DNA of 57,111 nucleotides from Flavobacteriales bacterium (GTDB taxonomy: Bacteria; Bacteroidota; Bacteroidia; Flavobacteriales_D; Crocinitomicaceae): the NCBI GenBank assembly GCA_947461635.1, contig CANHMH010000001.1, positions 1 through 57,111 on the forward strand, given 5' to 3'. The notes beneath the pieces were generated by a model. It saw only the letters and a program-made list of their open reading frames with translations. It ran no database searches and had not been told where the DNA came from. Position numbers and translations under genes: made by a program. Of this stretch, positions 56,945 to 57,111 are shown piece by piece. How positions within the stretch are numbered: position 1 is the first letter of the stretch; every line of letters starts with the position of its first letter.

Positions 56945-57111
56945 ATGTTTGAAAATTTAACAGATAAGTTTGAGCGCGCGTTTAAAGTCCTAAAGGGACA
57001 AGGACAAATCACGGAGATTAATGTTGCAGAAACTCTGAAAGAAGTGCGTCGCGCATTATTGGATGCCGATGTGAACTTTAACACAGCAAAGCAATTTACC
57101 AATACGGTGAA
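56945..57111 (+). CDS. ffh: Signal recognition particle protein Ffh, 3' end truncated by window edge
   Basis: MFENLTDKFERAFKVLKGQGQITEINVAETLKEVRRALLDADVNF is the conserved Ffh N-domain start. Confidence 0.9.
   Translation, partial: MFENLTDKFERAFKVLKGQGQITEINVAETLKEVRRALLDADVNFNTAKQFTNTV

Overview
The window is a compact, AT-rich, about 95% coding chromosomal segment. It is almost certainly from a Bacteroidota (Flavobacteriia-like) genome. Three things support this: four proteins end in T9SS sorting domains (two type A, two type B/CHU_C), a GWxTD-domain protein is present, and exact TAnnTTTG -7 boxes sit 6-54 nt upstream of 12 likely transcription-unit starts.

I call 48 CDS, two of them cut by the window edges (rplT at the 5' end, ffh at the 3' end).
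- Housekeeping genes: rpsP-rimM, prmC, ligA, dapA, trxB, ispH, acpH, an aminotransferase and an ECF-type sigma factor.
- Pathway block: zwf-pgl-edd, the upper Entner-Doudoroff pathway, with no eda in the window.
- Envelope genes: a WbaP-like sugar transferase, a lipoprotein Omp85 (TamL-like), a PAP2 phosphatase plus an ArnT-like glycosyltransferase, and a GT2, GH92 and GH3.
- Secreted or surface proteins: CotH-LTD, two S8 peptidases, an S9 peptidase, and three large adhesin-like T9SS cargo proteins.

I found no rRNA, tRNA, CRISPR array, transposase, integrase, restriction-modification, toxin-antitoxin or other recognisable defence or mobile module. I therefore cannot point to a clear novel system.

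The most unusual observations are:
- an exact 51-residue two-cysteine module present in 9 copies across three T9SS cargo genes;
- a tightly coupled helicase-GWxTD-GT2-GH92 string;
- a 33-nt in-frame tandem repeat that builds an acidic tail on ribosomal protein S16;
- identical 13-14-mers shared by unrelated 5' leaders;
- six convergent gene pairs whose stop codons abut or whose 3' ends overlap, leaving no room for a terminator.

All product calls come from motifs I recognised in the translated ORFs. No database search was run.
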